A DNA stretch of 63,700 nt, filler included, from Craspedostauros australis (taxonomy: Eukaryota): NCBI GenBank assembly GCA_030167865.1. It is 11 parts of 11 records of this genome, joined end to end, with 100 filler letters (N's around TTAATTAATTAA, not from the genome) between each part and the next. Parts side by side here need not be neighbours in the genome. Positions count along the whole stretch, not along the records: positions 1 to 21,305 come from JALAGF010004561.1; 10 more parts are not named here. One strand, written 5' to 3'. Positions 1-10,905 of the stretch are shown one piece after another. The position numbers were made by a program, and so were the translations under genes. Each line of letters begins with the position of its first letter. Within the stretch, counting starts at the first letter, position 1. A model generated the notes under the pieces. The model had not been told where the DNA came from and did no database searches. It saw only the letters and a program-made list of their open reading frames with translations.

Positions 1-1433
1 CCAATCAATCCACCATCGATGTCTGGCTGAGACAACAGACCCTCAGCATTCGCACCCTTCATCGATCCTCCGTACTGAATACGGACCGCATTCGCGACAG
101 ACTCGGACACGTTTGCGCTCATCCACTTGCGGATGTTGGCGTGTGTCTCCTGTGCCATCTCTGGTGTGGCGGTCAGTCCAGTACCAATGGCCCACACTGG
201 CTCATACGCGATGGCCACGTTTGCCCACTCTTCTGGCTTGAGGAGCTTGGCGAGAGGCTCGAGCTGCTTGGCGCACACATCCATGGTGACACCCGATTCT
301 CTCTCTTCCTTCTTCTCACCGATGGCGAACATGACCTTGAGTCCGTTGTCAAGGGCGACCTTGCACTTGTCGGCACAGAGCTTCTCTGGCTCGCCTGCCA
401 TACCGAATCCCTGTCGTCTTTCGGAGTGTCCGATGATGACCCACGCACATCCGAGGTCCTTGAGCTGGTGTGACCCGACTTCTCCAGTGTAGGCACCGTT
501 GGATGTGTTGACTCCGCAGTCCTGGGCACCGACAGCGATATCGGAGCGCAGTCCGGAGAGGAGCATTGGGATGTGGATGTATGGAACACAGAGGACGACC
601 TCAACGTTGGCAGGGATGGGTCCTGCCTCGTTGAAGACCTTGACACGCTCAGTGTTCTCGGCAATGGTTCCATTGCACTTCCAGTTTCCGCCGATGAGGT
701 ACTTTCGTGGTCCTGCCTTTCCTGCTGGTCCAGCAGATCCAGCTGGGCGCGCAGATGTGGCGACGCCTCTGTCCGCGCTTGCGTCAGCTGGCTTGGCTGC
801 AGTTGATGGAGCTCCAAACAGCATCATGGCTGCGGAGGCACCCAAGGCGGCGGCGGTTGCGCCGATCATAATATTGTCACTGCGTGTACGTCATGGCGGT
901 CAATTCATTTTGATTCGGTTGGTGAATTTGGAAATGCAGCAGAAAGTGGCGATCGCAATGCAACGACACAAAACGGGATACATGAGAAGAGTGAGAAAAC
1001 AGCAGTGTGAGTATCCGCTGTCAAAACCGCATCAGCACCATGGGTTCTCAACCGGAAGCGAATTTGCCGTCACCTTCCAACTTCATCCATCGCAAGAACG
1101 CAACCGCTTGCAGGAATTGGCCAGACATTGATTGATTGCTTTCGCATCCTTCTCAATTCCGAATCCGAGAATTCTATCGTGCAGAATTTGTTCAGGCCGT
1201 GGTTGTGGAGATGCATTTCACTTGATGCTATCTTGACCATGGCAATCAAAGGCATGGAGCATGCTCAATGCTTCACGCCTCCGCATTCCGGCGTCGTGGG
1301 AACGAAGCCAAGTGTGGTAAAGCACGGTCGTTTCGTCTGTGACTTGGAGATGGCCGCTTCGCGAATGCTGTCGATCTGGTCGAAGCCGCGACCGCAGCAT
1401 TCATTTGGGATGGATGACTTACCGAGTTGCCAT
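1..1433 (-). CDS. TPI: Triosephosphate isomerase, 3'-truncated by window; exons 1423..1433 and 1..879
   Basis: Manual translation gives RKYLIGGNWKCNG, GAYTGE, IIGHSERR, AYEPVWAIGTG, YGGS and DIDGGLIG. Exon 1 ATG GCA ACT CG is followed by GTAAGT (1422); acceptor CGCAG ends at 880; phases match (MATR-DNIMIG...). Absent from the ORF track because there is no stop in the window. Confidence 0.95.
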
Positions 1434-2723
1434 GTTTGCTGTTTCTTGGTTGCTTGCTTCGTTCGAAGATGAATGGTGTGGAGATTTGTGCGTTGCTTGC
1501 TTGTTTGATTTTGTGTCCTCGTTGGAATGGGGGTTGTCGATGGCAGAATGATGGTGGTGGAGTGCTCCACGGATACTGGTACGAGCTATGCTTGTGTCCT
1601 TGGTGAGAGTCGTTGTTGCTGTTGTTGTCGTGGTTGCGGCGGTCATTCAGAATGCGATGCTGCGCACGAGAGATGGAACAAGAAAAGATTCTTTTTTGGT
1701 GCGTGAGTGTGTTGTCGTGGGTGTTGGTGAGCTTGTTGGCAGACCGGCGCGCGAACATTGACGCACGTGCGGGTTGTCACGTCACGGCAATTGCGCAGCC
1801 TCGCAGCAGGAAAAACTACGTCCGAACAGATGGCGATCTTTTCTTGACGTCGACGTTTCTCTTCGTCATTCGCCATTTCTCAATCTGATTGGCAGGTTTC
1901 TGTCTGTTGTTCCATCAGGTTGGGTCATCAAGGGAAACCCAATAATTTGTTCAGAATTCCGAAAATTACATGTTTTTGAATCTTGGGGGACTAAGACAAA
2001 ATCAGTGCGATGATCGAATTGTGTGTTGACTTTTTCAAACACGACAATTGAGCGAGAAACTCCTTGAAATGTGCAATGTTCATTAACGGACAATAGTATA
2101 CTCGGACGCAGACGAACGTCCGGGAAATACGGACCGTCCCACAGTTGTCCGGATCGGTCCTTTTGTTCAAACATGTTCGATACAGTCCGTTAAGAAGGTC
2201 CTCGCCAATGTTGAATTGTTCTCTCAAATGGTCAACTTCGAAGAAAACAATGACAAACTTGATCGAAACTGTGGTTTTGTCCATTTTTAGTCCCGCAAGA
2301 CTAGAAAAGAAGTCTACACCTAAATTCTGGACAAATTATTGGGTGTCCCAGTTGCCCTCGCAGTTGTTGTTGATGTCTTTGTCAACTGCTCTCTTGTGAT
2401 TCCACAGGCGCCATCTGTGGCACTGAACAGATTCATCATTCCACCAACGTATGCCGACCGGTGAAGCTGGGAGCCAAATTGAGCCATTGATCACCCATCC
2501 ACCGATTCGTTCACACTCATCACTTGGATCCAATCTACTCAACTCGCATACTACTACTTCTCTGTGTTGGCGCGGACCGATGTGATTTGATGCGCTGATG
2601 CGACAGTCAGCCATCGCATGAAACCAGCAGAAGGCTGGCAACGTCATGTGCTCTGCTCGAACATGAGTAGAGCAGAGTAGATTGTTCTGTTCTATTGCAC
2701 ACGCTGTTGTTATAGAATACATT

Positions 2724-3824
2724 CTATTTCTTCTTCTCGGTTCGTGCAAGCGCGCCCTTGTCGCCCTTACCTGTGTCGATGGCGCTTGCTGGTATCCCAA
2801 TCACATCATCATCTGCTGTGAACCGATAGCACTTGCGGTAGTAGATTCCATCCGGTGCATTCTCCGGCATGATGTTGGGATCGCGGTAGGCGCAGGCATG
2901 GATGGCATCCCACGCCAATCCACCGTACCCGCCACATTCGCAGACACCACCATCACCACCGCGCGTGATCATTTCATCATGCACCATCTCGACGTCGTAC
3001 GTGGACTGCGGCGGCACGAATCCAAACGCATTCGTGTAGTGATCGGGACATGGCGATGGATTGTTGGGTTCCACGAAGCCGGTGAACGCGTTGCCCATGG
3101 GGAAGGCGCATTTGGTCCCACCGCGGTAGGCCCATTCCCACTCCGATTCGGTCGGCAAAGCCCAGCAACCCGTTCGTTTCACCAACTCACGGACGGTGTC
3201 CGGTTCTTCCGACATCCGCTCCGATTCCTGATCTATCAAGTACGGCTGTATCTCGTTGACGCAGTGTGCGCAGGAGAGGACATTGGAGAGATGGTCCTCG
3301 ATGGGATCAAAGCCGTACTTCTTCACATACTCTTCTTCGTACTCCTCGCGCTCTGCCTGCGACGGGAACGGGTCCGTTGAACCATCGTATCCAAGCTGCA
3401 AGGATCGCCCACCAGGGATCAGAAGCATGGTGCGATCGTCGAATTGGAAGGTGGCAATGTCGTGCGTCTGATCACCGCACGTGAAGGATCGGATGCCCTG
3501 AAAGACGATGGGAGTGGTCTTGCATCTGCTGTGGGTGGGATCTTTCGCTTCGTCATCATCTTCGTCTTGGTTGCCGGAAGCGTCCGGTCTGCCTTGAGCT
3601 TCATCGTGAGACTCTTCATCCTCACTTTCTTCGATGAGCCGTCGAAGCTTGACCTTGCACAGGTACTTCTGAATGCATGTCGCCACCTGTGTCTTTTGAA
3701 CCTTGTCCAGCGCATCCCAGTCTTCCACATACCTCCATCGAAGATGCTCGGTGGTGGTGGGTACTCTCGCGTTGGTCGGTTCTCGCGCAGTCGGACTCGA
3801 TATTTCAGCATGCGCTCTCTTCAT
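2724..3824 (-). CDS. Formylglycine-generating enzyme (FGE-sulfatase/SUMF1-fold) domain protein
   Basis: Motifs WALPTESEWEWAYRGG, FPMGN, NAFG, ITRGG...ACAYR; intronless 366-aa ORF. Confidence 0.8.
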   Translation of the reverse strand: MKRAHAEISSPTAREPTNARVPTTTEHLRWRYVEDWDALDKVQKTQVATCIQKYLCKVKLRRLIEESEDEESHDEAQGRPDASGNQDEDDDEAKDPTHSRCKTTPIVFQGIRSFTCGDQTHDIATFQFDDRTMLLIPGGRSLQLGYDGSTDPFPSQAEREEYEEEYVKKYGFDPIEDHLSNVLSCAHCVNEIQPYLIDQESERMSEEPDTVRELVKRTGCWALPTESEWEWAYRGGTKCAFPMGNAFTGFVEPNNPSPCPDHYTNAFGFVPPQSTYDVEMVHDEMITRGGDGGVCECGGYGGLAWDAIHACAYRDPNIMPENAPDGIYYRKCYRFTADDDVIGIPASAIDTGKGDKGALARTEKKK

Positions 3825-4457
3825 CCTTCTCTCCTTGTTGTGCTGTTATGGTTGGCACGACTATGAGTGTGCGCCATGCGCAAGTCAGGCATGCCATTGC
3901 CGAGTCATGATGCCTTCTGGTTGCCTCATTGCATTGCCATTGTGCTACGCCTCTTGCCGTTTGTTTGCCTCTTGTGTGTGTTTGTTTTGCACAGAGAACG
4001 AAAATCGCGACCAAACTCCAGCAACATGTTCGATTCCACCATGCACACGCATTCTCGATAGTAGTTCGTAGACTTCTATTCGGCCTCCGTCTTGCCGCCA
4101 ACCGCTAATGGCATCACGCAAACACAAGCCAGTCACGCGATCAGAAAGTGGTATCTTGTGGAACCGAACTCACCCCAACCGCCGCCATCATCACCATCAT
4201 CACCATCACCACCAACACCGCCAACACCACCAACACTTTCTCTCCATTCGGATGCGCAAAGAAGGGCGAATGTAGATGGAGAGACGTTCATCATCTGTGC
4301 CAACACCTACCGACCATACGACTAGGAGCAACCCCTCTTGACGAGTAGATCGATTCAGTGCTTGGCCGGGTGAACGAACCATTGAGCAAGACCATCGGAC
4401 GTTCCTGTGGCACTCAAACAAGCAGCACTCACAGCACCTGCCACGCTCATTGACGCG

Positions 4458-6908
4458 ATGGCATCCAACATCGAGAAGGTCGACGATATCCTGGCATCCA
4501 TCCCCGACAGCCTCTGGGATAAGGCGGTGCAGGATCTGGAATCCAACCGCGGTGTTGCTACGGTCGATCTGTCGCAGTGTGCGGACTTGGAAGCACTCCA
4601 CGCCCAATCCTTTCGGACCGCCAGCGATGCGTTAGACACCATCGCGGCAGCGCAAACGGAATCCTCAGCTGCGACGGTGCCCATCATCGCACCGGATGCG
4701 GATTCAGGCCATGTCACGGGCTACCATGGTGCTGGCAGCGAAAACAGCATGTCACGGTACAACGCGCATCGCGAGGGCTTTGTCTTTTCGGATGGTGACA
4801 TGTTCGCCATGACAGACAGCCGCGACGATGCCGGCGATGACTTCAAGCTCAAGATGCAGGCCCTGTCTTGCAGCTTGCACGGCATTGCCCACCATGTTCT
4901 GTTGGCGTTGGAGCGGAGGCTGGAGCTGCCCAAGTTCTGGTTCCGTGATCAGCTTGGTGCGACTTCCGACCACAGCCAATGGCATGTCAAGCGCTACGTG
5001 ACAGCTGATGGCACGCAGGCTGTTTTTGAACCGAACGCGGACACGGACAAGACTGCGGCTGCGTCTGCATCACCGTCTCCTTCTGATTGCGAGTCACCTG
5101 CAGCATCAAAGGATCAGCCCACTATCCTGCTGCCCATGCACACCGACCCATCGCTCATTTCGGTCGTCGTTCATGACAGCATCGGCAAATGCGACGGCGG
5201 ATTGGGCCTGCAGTACCAAACGAAAGATCCCAACGCGCCCAAGGAGAAGAGATGGCAGGACCTTCCCTTTCATGGACATGCTGTTGCTACCGTCTTCACC
5301 GGTTCCATCCTCTCTTACATCACCGGCACTATATGGCCGGGTGCCAAACACCGCGTCGTTCAGCAGATCCCGCCAGCGACTCATCGAATGGCCGCCACGC
5401 TGTTCCTGCGACCACAAGGCACTGCGATGCTCGCCGTGCCGCCATCTCCGGCCTTGCAATCGCAAGTCAAGCTCAAGAAGCAAATTGATTTCAATACCTG
5501 GAATGCTCGGGTGGCACGTAACTACAGCAAGAACTCCGGATCCAAAAAAGGCGCGTCGTCGACCGGCGCAAATGGCAAGGCAACAAACAGCGCTGCCGGC
5601 AACAGTACCAGTACAACTGAGCCCAAATACTCCTACGATGGCCACTACAAAGATGGCATCACGGAAATGTCATGGCATGCCTGCAACCCGCCGTTGCATG
5701 GTAGGGAAAAGTTCTTGGGCGGCGAATGTGCCGCGAATGGCAAGATCTACGCTGTGCCAGGTCATACGCCGCGCGTTCTCGTCATCGATCCCAGATCTGC
5801 CGACGCTGACACGAACACAACCAATGGCGGCGACCAATCAACACCACAAAGACAGCGGCAGCAGCAGCAGCGAGAAGGACAGTTGTCTCGACTCCGCATG
5901 TACCACATCGGACCCAGCTTTCCAGGAGAATTCAAGTGGCTCCGCGCAGTGCTCTGTCCGCAGACCAAGATCCTGTACGCCATTCCATGCCATGCGGATT
6001 CCATCCTGCGCATTGACCCCAGCACAGACACGGTCTCCACAGTGACATGGGATGCAGAGGATCCACTCGCGCCGCCATTGGGCATGCTGTGGAAGTACCA
6101 TGGCGGCAACATCTCCAAACACGATGGCTGCCTGTACTGCATCCCGCAACGAGCCAAGCACATCATGAAGTTCGACCCAGTCACGGAGAAGATATCCTTC
6201 TTCGGCGGACCCCTGGAAGGATTCAACAAATGGTACGGCGGTCTGGTCGGTCCCTCGGATGGTGCCATCTACGGCATCAATCAGTGCGCTTCTGGCGTGC
6301 TCCGAATCGACCCTGTCCAGCAAACCGCAACGGTGCATGGAGATTTCCCCGAGGGCGGGTACAAATGGCATGGCGGAGTCGTCACCGGCCCCTACATCTA
6401 CGGCATCCCGGCCCACGCCGAACGCGCTCTCAAGATCACGCCTGGTCTCGAACCCACCGTGGAAGAAATTGGGGAACCCTTGCGCACTGGCCAGCATCGC
6501 ACCGACGGCAAGTACAAATTCCTGGGCGGCGCCGTTGGATTGGACGGGTGCTGCTACTTCTTCCCCTCCGATGCCGATTTCGTAGTGCAGATCAATCCTG
6601 CCACGGATGTGGTGCGCGAAGTTGGTCCCAACCTGCGGGATTTGGAGCCCATCCATCACAACAAATGGCAGAACGGATTCACCTTGTCCGATGGCTGCAT
6701 CTACGCCATCCCGCTCAAGGCCCGGGGGATCTTGCGGATCCGGACCTTCGTCGACGGGTCGGAACCGATCATCTCTGTCATCGGCGGGCCGTACGAAGGA
6801 CTGAACAAGTGGGAGGGCGGCGTGCTGAGCCAGGATGGGAGGATGTTTTGCATGCCATTGAATTGTGCCAAGGTGCTGCAAATCCGCTCGGTGCAGGGAC
6901 ATCCATAA
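4458..6908 (+). CDS. 2OG-Fe(II) oxygenase (IPNS-like) fused to a C-terminal Kelch-like beta-propeller
   Basis: HxD (MHTDPSLIS), distal H (AKHRVV) and R (RMAATLF) are present. Eight ~50-aa repeats of the form K[WFY]xGG...DGxIYxIP...VLxIDP follow. First ATG is at 4458; the track start 4407 is GTG. Confidence 0.85.
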   Translation: MASNIEKVDDILASIPDSLWDKAVQDLESNRGVATVDLSQCADLEALHAQSFRTASDALDTIAAAQTESSAATVPIIAPDADSGHVTGYHGAGSENSMSRYNAHREGFVFSDGDMFAMTDSRDDAGDDFKLKMQALSCSLHGIAHHVLLALERRLELPKFWFRDQLGATSDHSQWHVKRYVTADGTQAVFEPNADTDKTAAASASPSPSDCESPAASKDQPTILLPMHTDPSLISVVVHDSIGKCDGGLGLQYQTKDPNAPKEKRWQDLPFHGHAVATVFTGSILSYITGTIWPGAKHRVVQQIPPATHRMAATLFLRPQGTAMLAVPPSPALQSQVKLKKQIDFNTWNARVARNYSKNSGSKKGASSTGANGKATNSAAGNSTSTTEPKYSYDGHYKDGITEMSWHACNPPLHGREKFLGGECAANGKIYAVPGHTPRVLVIDPRSADADTNTTNGGDQSTPQRQRQQQQREGQLSRLRMYHIGPSFPGEFKWLRAVLCPQTKILYAIPCHADSILRIDPSTDTVSTVTWDAEDPLAPPLGMLWKYHGGNISKHDGCLYCIPQRAKHIMKFDPVTEKISFFGGPLEGFNKWYGGLVGPSDGAIYGINQCASGVLRIDPVQQTATVHGDFPEGGYKWHGGVVTGPYIYGIPAHAERALKITPGLEPTVEEIGEPLRTGQHRTDGKYKFLGGAVGLDGCCYFFPSDADFVVQINPATDVVREVGPNLRDLEPIHHNKWQNGFTLSDGCIYAIPLKARGILRIRTFVDGSEPIISVIGGPYEGLNKWEGGVLSQDGRMFCMPLNCAKVLQIRSVQGHP

Positions 6909-7971
6909 GGAAGAGAAACCGTGCGGATGCGAGAGGGCAACACGGATCGGAGTGCTACATGGGGTACATGAAGCTGGCCGGAGTCATCGTCGGTCGTCAT
7001 CAATGCTGCACATGAACGGAAAGGACGCAATTGCCCGTGCAGTGCGACGAGGATTATGCTTGCATCTTTGCTGACGTAGCCGATGCCGAATAACAGAGCT
7101 TGTGGTATGCTTAGATTAAAATGCGATACCGTGCGCGCACGCCTCATGTTCGAAGACCAGCTCTTGGTGCATCTCAGTCCTCCAATGTTTCGATTTCAGT
7201 CTTCCGCTTGCATCCTGTCGGACTTCACCAAGCGCACCAATGCCAACAGGGAAGCACTGTCCAGGTATGATTCCAAGGCAACGCTGTTGCCGCGTTCTCT
7301 CCCTTTCTTTCACTCTTCATCCTGTGGAATCGACGTTGAGTCCACACGGCGTCCGACAGCTGCTCCTCCTTCGCGGTCGCAGTCCGAGGAACTCCATTGA
7401 CAGCGATCCAACGCACAGTACCGTCCCGACTCCGATGCCATTGTGCGCTCTCTGTTGGAACCCGAAACGGGGACAGGACTTCGTCGTCTCCATCTCTCGC
7501 AGATGAAGGCAGAGCCGGAGATGAAGATGGTCTCAACGCCTGTCTTCAGATTTGGGTGACACCTTCTGGTGTGTTCGCTGATTGGGATGGAGTCTTTGGC
7601 ATGTTCCTGTCGCCTCGGGCCCCACGATGATGCGTCAGCTGTTCGCCAACCAACCGCCCGCGATGAGAATGGCAGTGTAACACATGGAATGTCGAGCAGA
7701 ATCAATTCTGTGATTGTTGGTGGAGCATCGATGAGAGCAATCCTGATGTATGCAATACTCGCATGCATGTTGCGATGGGTGACTCTGTCTGTTGCATAAT
7801 GCTGTGTTGCGCTAAGTGAATCTCTAAGTGATGCCTTGCTATGTATATAGTCTAAGCAGTGTTGATGTCAACACTGTGGGAGTGTTGCGCTGCTGTTTAT
7901 AACAATCCAGTTGTTGCTTGTGCTTGCTGCGGCCGTCGGTGCGATGCATGCTGCATCTCTCGCGAATGCTC

Positions 7972-10905
7972 TCAATAGAGGAGCGCGGAAAAGCTGCTGT
8001 TGCTGCTCAAACTGTTGTTGCTGTTGCTGCTGGCGACGGTGGCGTTGGCGCTGACGTTGGTGGTGTTGCGGAAGGAGAGCATGCGCTTCATCTTGCGGCT
8101 TGCGGATTCCACGGCCTCTTCGAGTCCCGCCGAGGACAGGTTGCTGACCGTCTGCTTGCGTTGATGCCGCGCCTTGAGGATGGAACGTGTCGCCGTCGCG
8201 ATCTCCTGCGGGGTGTATCCCCATTGTTTCAAAATCTCCTCTCGCTGCGACTTGGAGAGCACCAGGCCCAGGCCGCGCCGTGGCGGATGCTGCTCGGCGT
8301 ACTCCTCGTGCTCATCCACGGACAATGTGGAAGAAGCCTCGTAGTTCCAGCCGATCCCGATTCCCACCCCACTGCGGACGCTCGGATTCTCGCTGATGGC
8401 ACGGTCGTAATGGCGGACCGTGACCGAATCGAATCGCGGTGGTTGCTGGTGGTGTCCGCCTTCGGAAGGCGTCGACAGAGTCCCTTCGATCTGACGCGAT
8501 GAATCCCGTAGAGAGGATGACGCCGCGTCATCGATGAAGCTGCACTCGTCGTCGATGTCATCATCGCCGGCGGTGGGATGGTGGTTGTGCTTCGGTGAGG
8601 ACAGCGATGTGATGGTGTCACCCTCGGGCAGCGGTTCGAGCGCGGACATGATGTCGCGGTTGGAGGATTTCATCGACCGGAAGGATGAAGGGACGGGGTA
8701 ATCCATGTCGATGGACGACATCTCTGCGGTGGTGCTGGTGACATCCGATGTCGTGGTGTGATCCAACGAGGCTCGCTTTGGACGGATCGAAGCGGACGCA
8801 AGAGGCTTGGACGGAAGGGAGGTCGCATACGATGGATTGGAGTAGGCAGCGGCGTTGTTTGGGATGGGCATGATGGGCATGGAGTCTTCCACGGAGGATT
8901 CCGTCACGAGGAGGTCCCTGTCCGAGGCGCTTATTGATCCCTGTTGCTGTTGCTGTTGTTGCTGCTGCTGCTGTATCTGCTGTCTGTACTGCCTGAGCTG
9001 CTCCTGGCGTTTCTTGGCGGCCCATCGTTGGCTGGTGGGCGTGCGCGTTTGCTGTCTGGTCTTGCCTGCGGTCGACTTGCCAGCTGCCCTTGCAATGGAA
9101 GCTGCGTTGGTGCCGGAGGTAGCGTTCGCATGAGCAGCAGCCGTGGAATCAGCGTGTGCGGTGGAGCGCCCACGCGATGGTTCGGAGAAGGCATCGGTGA
9201 GGCCAGTGATGTCGGAGATGACGGACTTGATGTCATCTTCGTCGGCATCAATGTCGGAGTCTCCCTCTGCATCATCATCATCATCATCATCAGCGTCTTG
9301 GATGTCGTAGATCTCATCATCGGTGTTGACGGCGGCGGCCCCGTTGAGGTCGATGCTGGTTGGGATGGCGGGCAGGGCGGCGGCAGATTCTCGGCTGTGC
9401 ACGGAGGCGGACTGCGAGCTGCCAAAGATGTAGCCCCAGACGTGGGGCGGCACGCGCTCCTTGACGTCGGAGGGAAGGGCGGAGAGGACGTAGTGCTGGA
9501 TGTCCTGCATGGAGAGCTCGTTGCCCGATGCATCGCAGAGCGGCTGCCCATGGGATGGTGACATGTTGGGCATGCGATGGGAGTAGCTGCGGTTGCGGTC
9601 ATGCTGAGAGTGCGGGTTGGCTTGCCTGTGGCGTGACAGAGGGGTGGGGATGGAGCGGCGCTCGTGGCAGGAGGCCGACACGACCCTGGCCGAGCGAGGG
9701 CTGGCGTGCTTGGTGACGGCGCCGGTCATGTCGATGGAGAAGAGGGAAGGGTTGTTGGGGGCGCTTCGGACATGCGCGCTGACGCTGCTGTGGCGGTGGG
9801 TGTGGACGTGGCTGCTTCTGTTGTGGTTGCTTCTGTTGTGGTTGCTGCAGCCTGCAACGGCGCGCGTCGTTCTGGAGCTCTGGGACATGAGCGGCGCCTG
9901 TCTGTGCTGCGGCATGACGAGATGATCGAGGTCCATATCCGCGAAGGAGGAGGTGTCGAGGGCGTCGTAGTCGATCTTGCGTTGGTAGTGCTTGAGGGTG
10001 GTGGTGAGATCGGCGGCAGCGGCCTGGTGCTTGGCGAAGGGGTAGTCCTCGCCGTCGGAGTTGATGATCTCGTCGTCGTAGCTGCTGCTGCGCCGGCCTT
10101 TGCCATCCGTCCCGGCATGTCCCGACTGCGGTTGCTGCTGGAGAAGGCTGCGGCTGCTCTTCTGCTGGCGTCTGTGCGCAGAGGACGTCGTGCGCCTGTG
10201 GGCAGAGGAGGAGGCGCGGGCGCCAGGCGAGCCGGAGGTGAGATCGCGGCGATGCGACGACGACACCGAGGCCATGCGTTCCCGCCTGTGGGAGGACGAT
10301 GACGTCGCCACAGGCGGAGGCCTTCCGTGCTGCGAAAAGGAGTTCGAACGCTGTCTTCGGCGGGAGGAGGACGACGTGCTGAGGTTGCGCTGGGGCTGCT
10401 GCTGCTTCTGTTTCTGCTTGCGTTCTCTGCGCTCGCTTCGGTCCTTCAGCCGTCTGCTGCTCTCGTGCATGCCCTCCGTCCCGCCGCGGAGAGCGGCAGC
10501 CGCGTCCGTCAACCGCAGCGTCCGTGGGGATGCCAGCGGCGATGCTGGTGGAGATGCGAGCGAATCTCGCAGAAGTCGCCTTCGCCGGCGGCTGCCGCTC
10601 TTGCTTCTACTCCTCGTGTTCATGCCGTTCATGTCGTTCATGCTGTTCATGCCGCTCACGATGTTTCTCATACTTCTGCTGCTTCGGGCGCTGTCGATCT
10701 TGCGAGGCGAATAGAGGGCGTTGTGGATGCGGGAAGGGGAGGCGGCCATCTGCATGGAAGCTGACATCGACATCGACTTGCGCGACGATCTCTCGCTGTG
10801 GCTGGCGTGCTCGTAGCTGCATTCAGGGGCACCCGCATCATTGTCTCCCTCTTCCAACGGCACCGTGCGTCCCCAACGTCGGACGGATGAGGAGGATCTC
10901 GTCAT
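7972..10905 (-). CDS. Low-complexity Ser/Arg/Gln-rich protein with a C-terminal CSRNP-N-like domain
   Basis: 977-aa ORF. C-terminal FDSVTVRHYDRAISENPSVRSGVGIGIGWNY...REEILKQWGYTPQEI...RHQRKQT resembles a diatom-expanded family. Confidence 0.7.
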   Translation of the reverse strand: MTRSSSSVRRWGRTVPLEEGDNDAGAPECSYEHASHSERSSRKSMSMSASMQMAASPSRIHNALYSPRKIDSARSSRSMRNIVSGMNSMNDMNGMNTRSRSKSGSRRRRRLLRDSLASPPASPLASPRTLRLTDAAAALRGGTEGMHESSRRLKDRSERRERKQKQKQQQPQRNLSTSSSSRRRQRSNSFSQHGRPPPVATSSSSHRRERMASVSSSHRRDLTSGSPGARASSSAHRRTTSSAHRRQQKSSRSLLQQQPQSGHAGTDGKGRRSSSYDDEIINSDGEDYPFAKHQAAAADLTTTLKHYQRKIDYDALDTSSFADMDLDHLVMPQHRQAPLMSQSSRTTRAVAGCSNHNRSNHNRSSHVHTHRHSSVSAHVRSAPNNPSLFSIDMTGAVTKHASPRSARVVSASCHERRSIPTPLSRHRQANPHSQHDRNRSYSHRMPNMSPSHGQPLCDASGNELSMQDIQHYVLSALPSDVKERVPPHVWGYIFGSSQSASVHSRESAAALPAIPTSIDLNGAAAVNTDDEIYDIQDADDDDDDDAEGDSDIDADEDDIKSVISDITGLTDAFSEPSRGRSTAHADSTAAAHANATSGTNAASIARAAGKSTAGKTRQQTRTPTSQRWAAKKRQEQLRQYRQQIQQQQQQQQQQQGSISASDRDLLVTESSVEDSMPIMPIPNNAAAYSNPSYATSLPSKPLASASIRPKRASLDHTTTSDVTSTTAEMSSIDMDYPVPSSFRSMKSSNRDIMSALEPLPEGDTITSLSSPKHNHHPTAGDDDIDDECSFIDDAASSSLRDSSRQIEGTLSTPSEGGHHQQPPRFDSVTVRHYDRAISENPSVRSGVGIGIGWNYEASSTLSVDEHEEYAEQHPPRRGLGLVLSKSQREEILKQWGYTPQEIATATRSILKARHQRKQTVSNLSSAGLEEAVESASRKMKRMLSFRNTTNVSANATVASSNSNNSLSSNSSFSALLY

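Noticed and set aside
1991..2800. Two same-frame minus ORFs split by one TAA in an AT-richer stretch
   Set aside because: No recognisable domain and no readthrough context; cannot be supported.
5008..7015. Long alternative-frame ORFs overlapping real genes (also 127-1131, 8944-10714, 31072-32040, 55915-56871)
   Set aside because: These are shadow ORFs expected from GC-rich codon usage, with no motifs.
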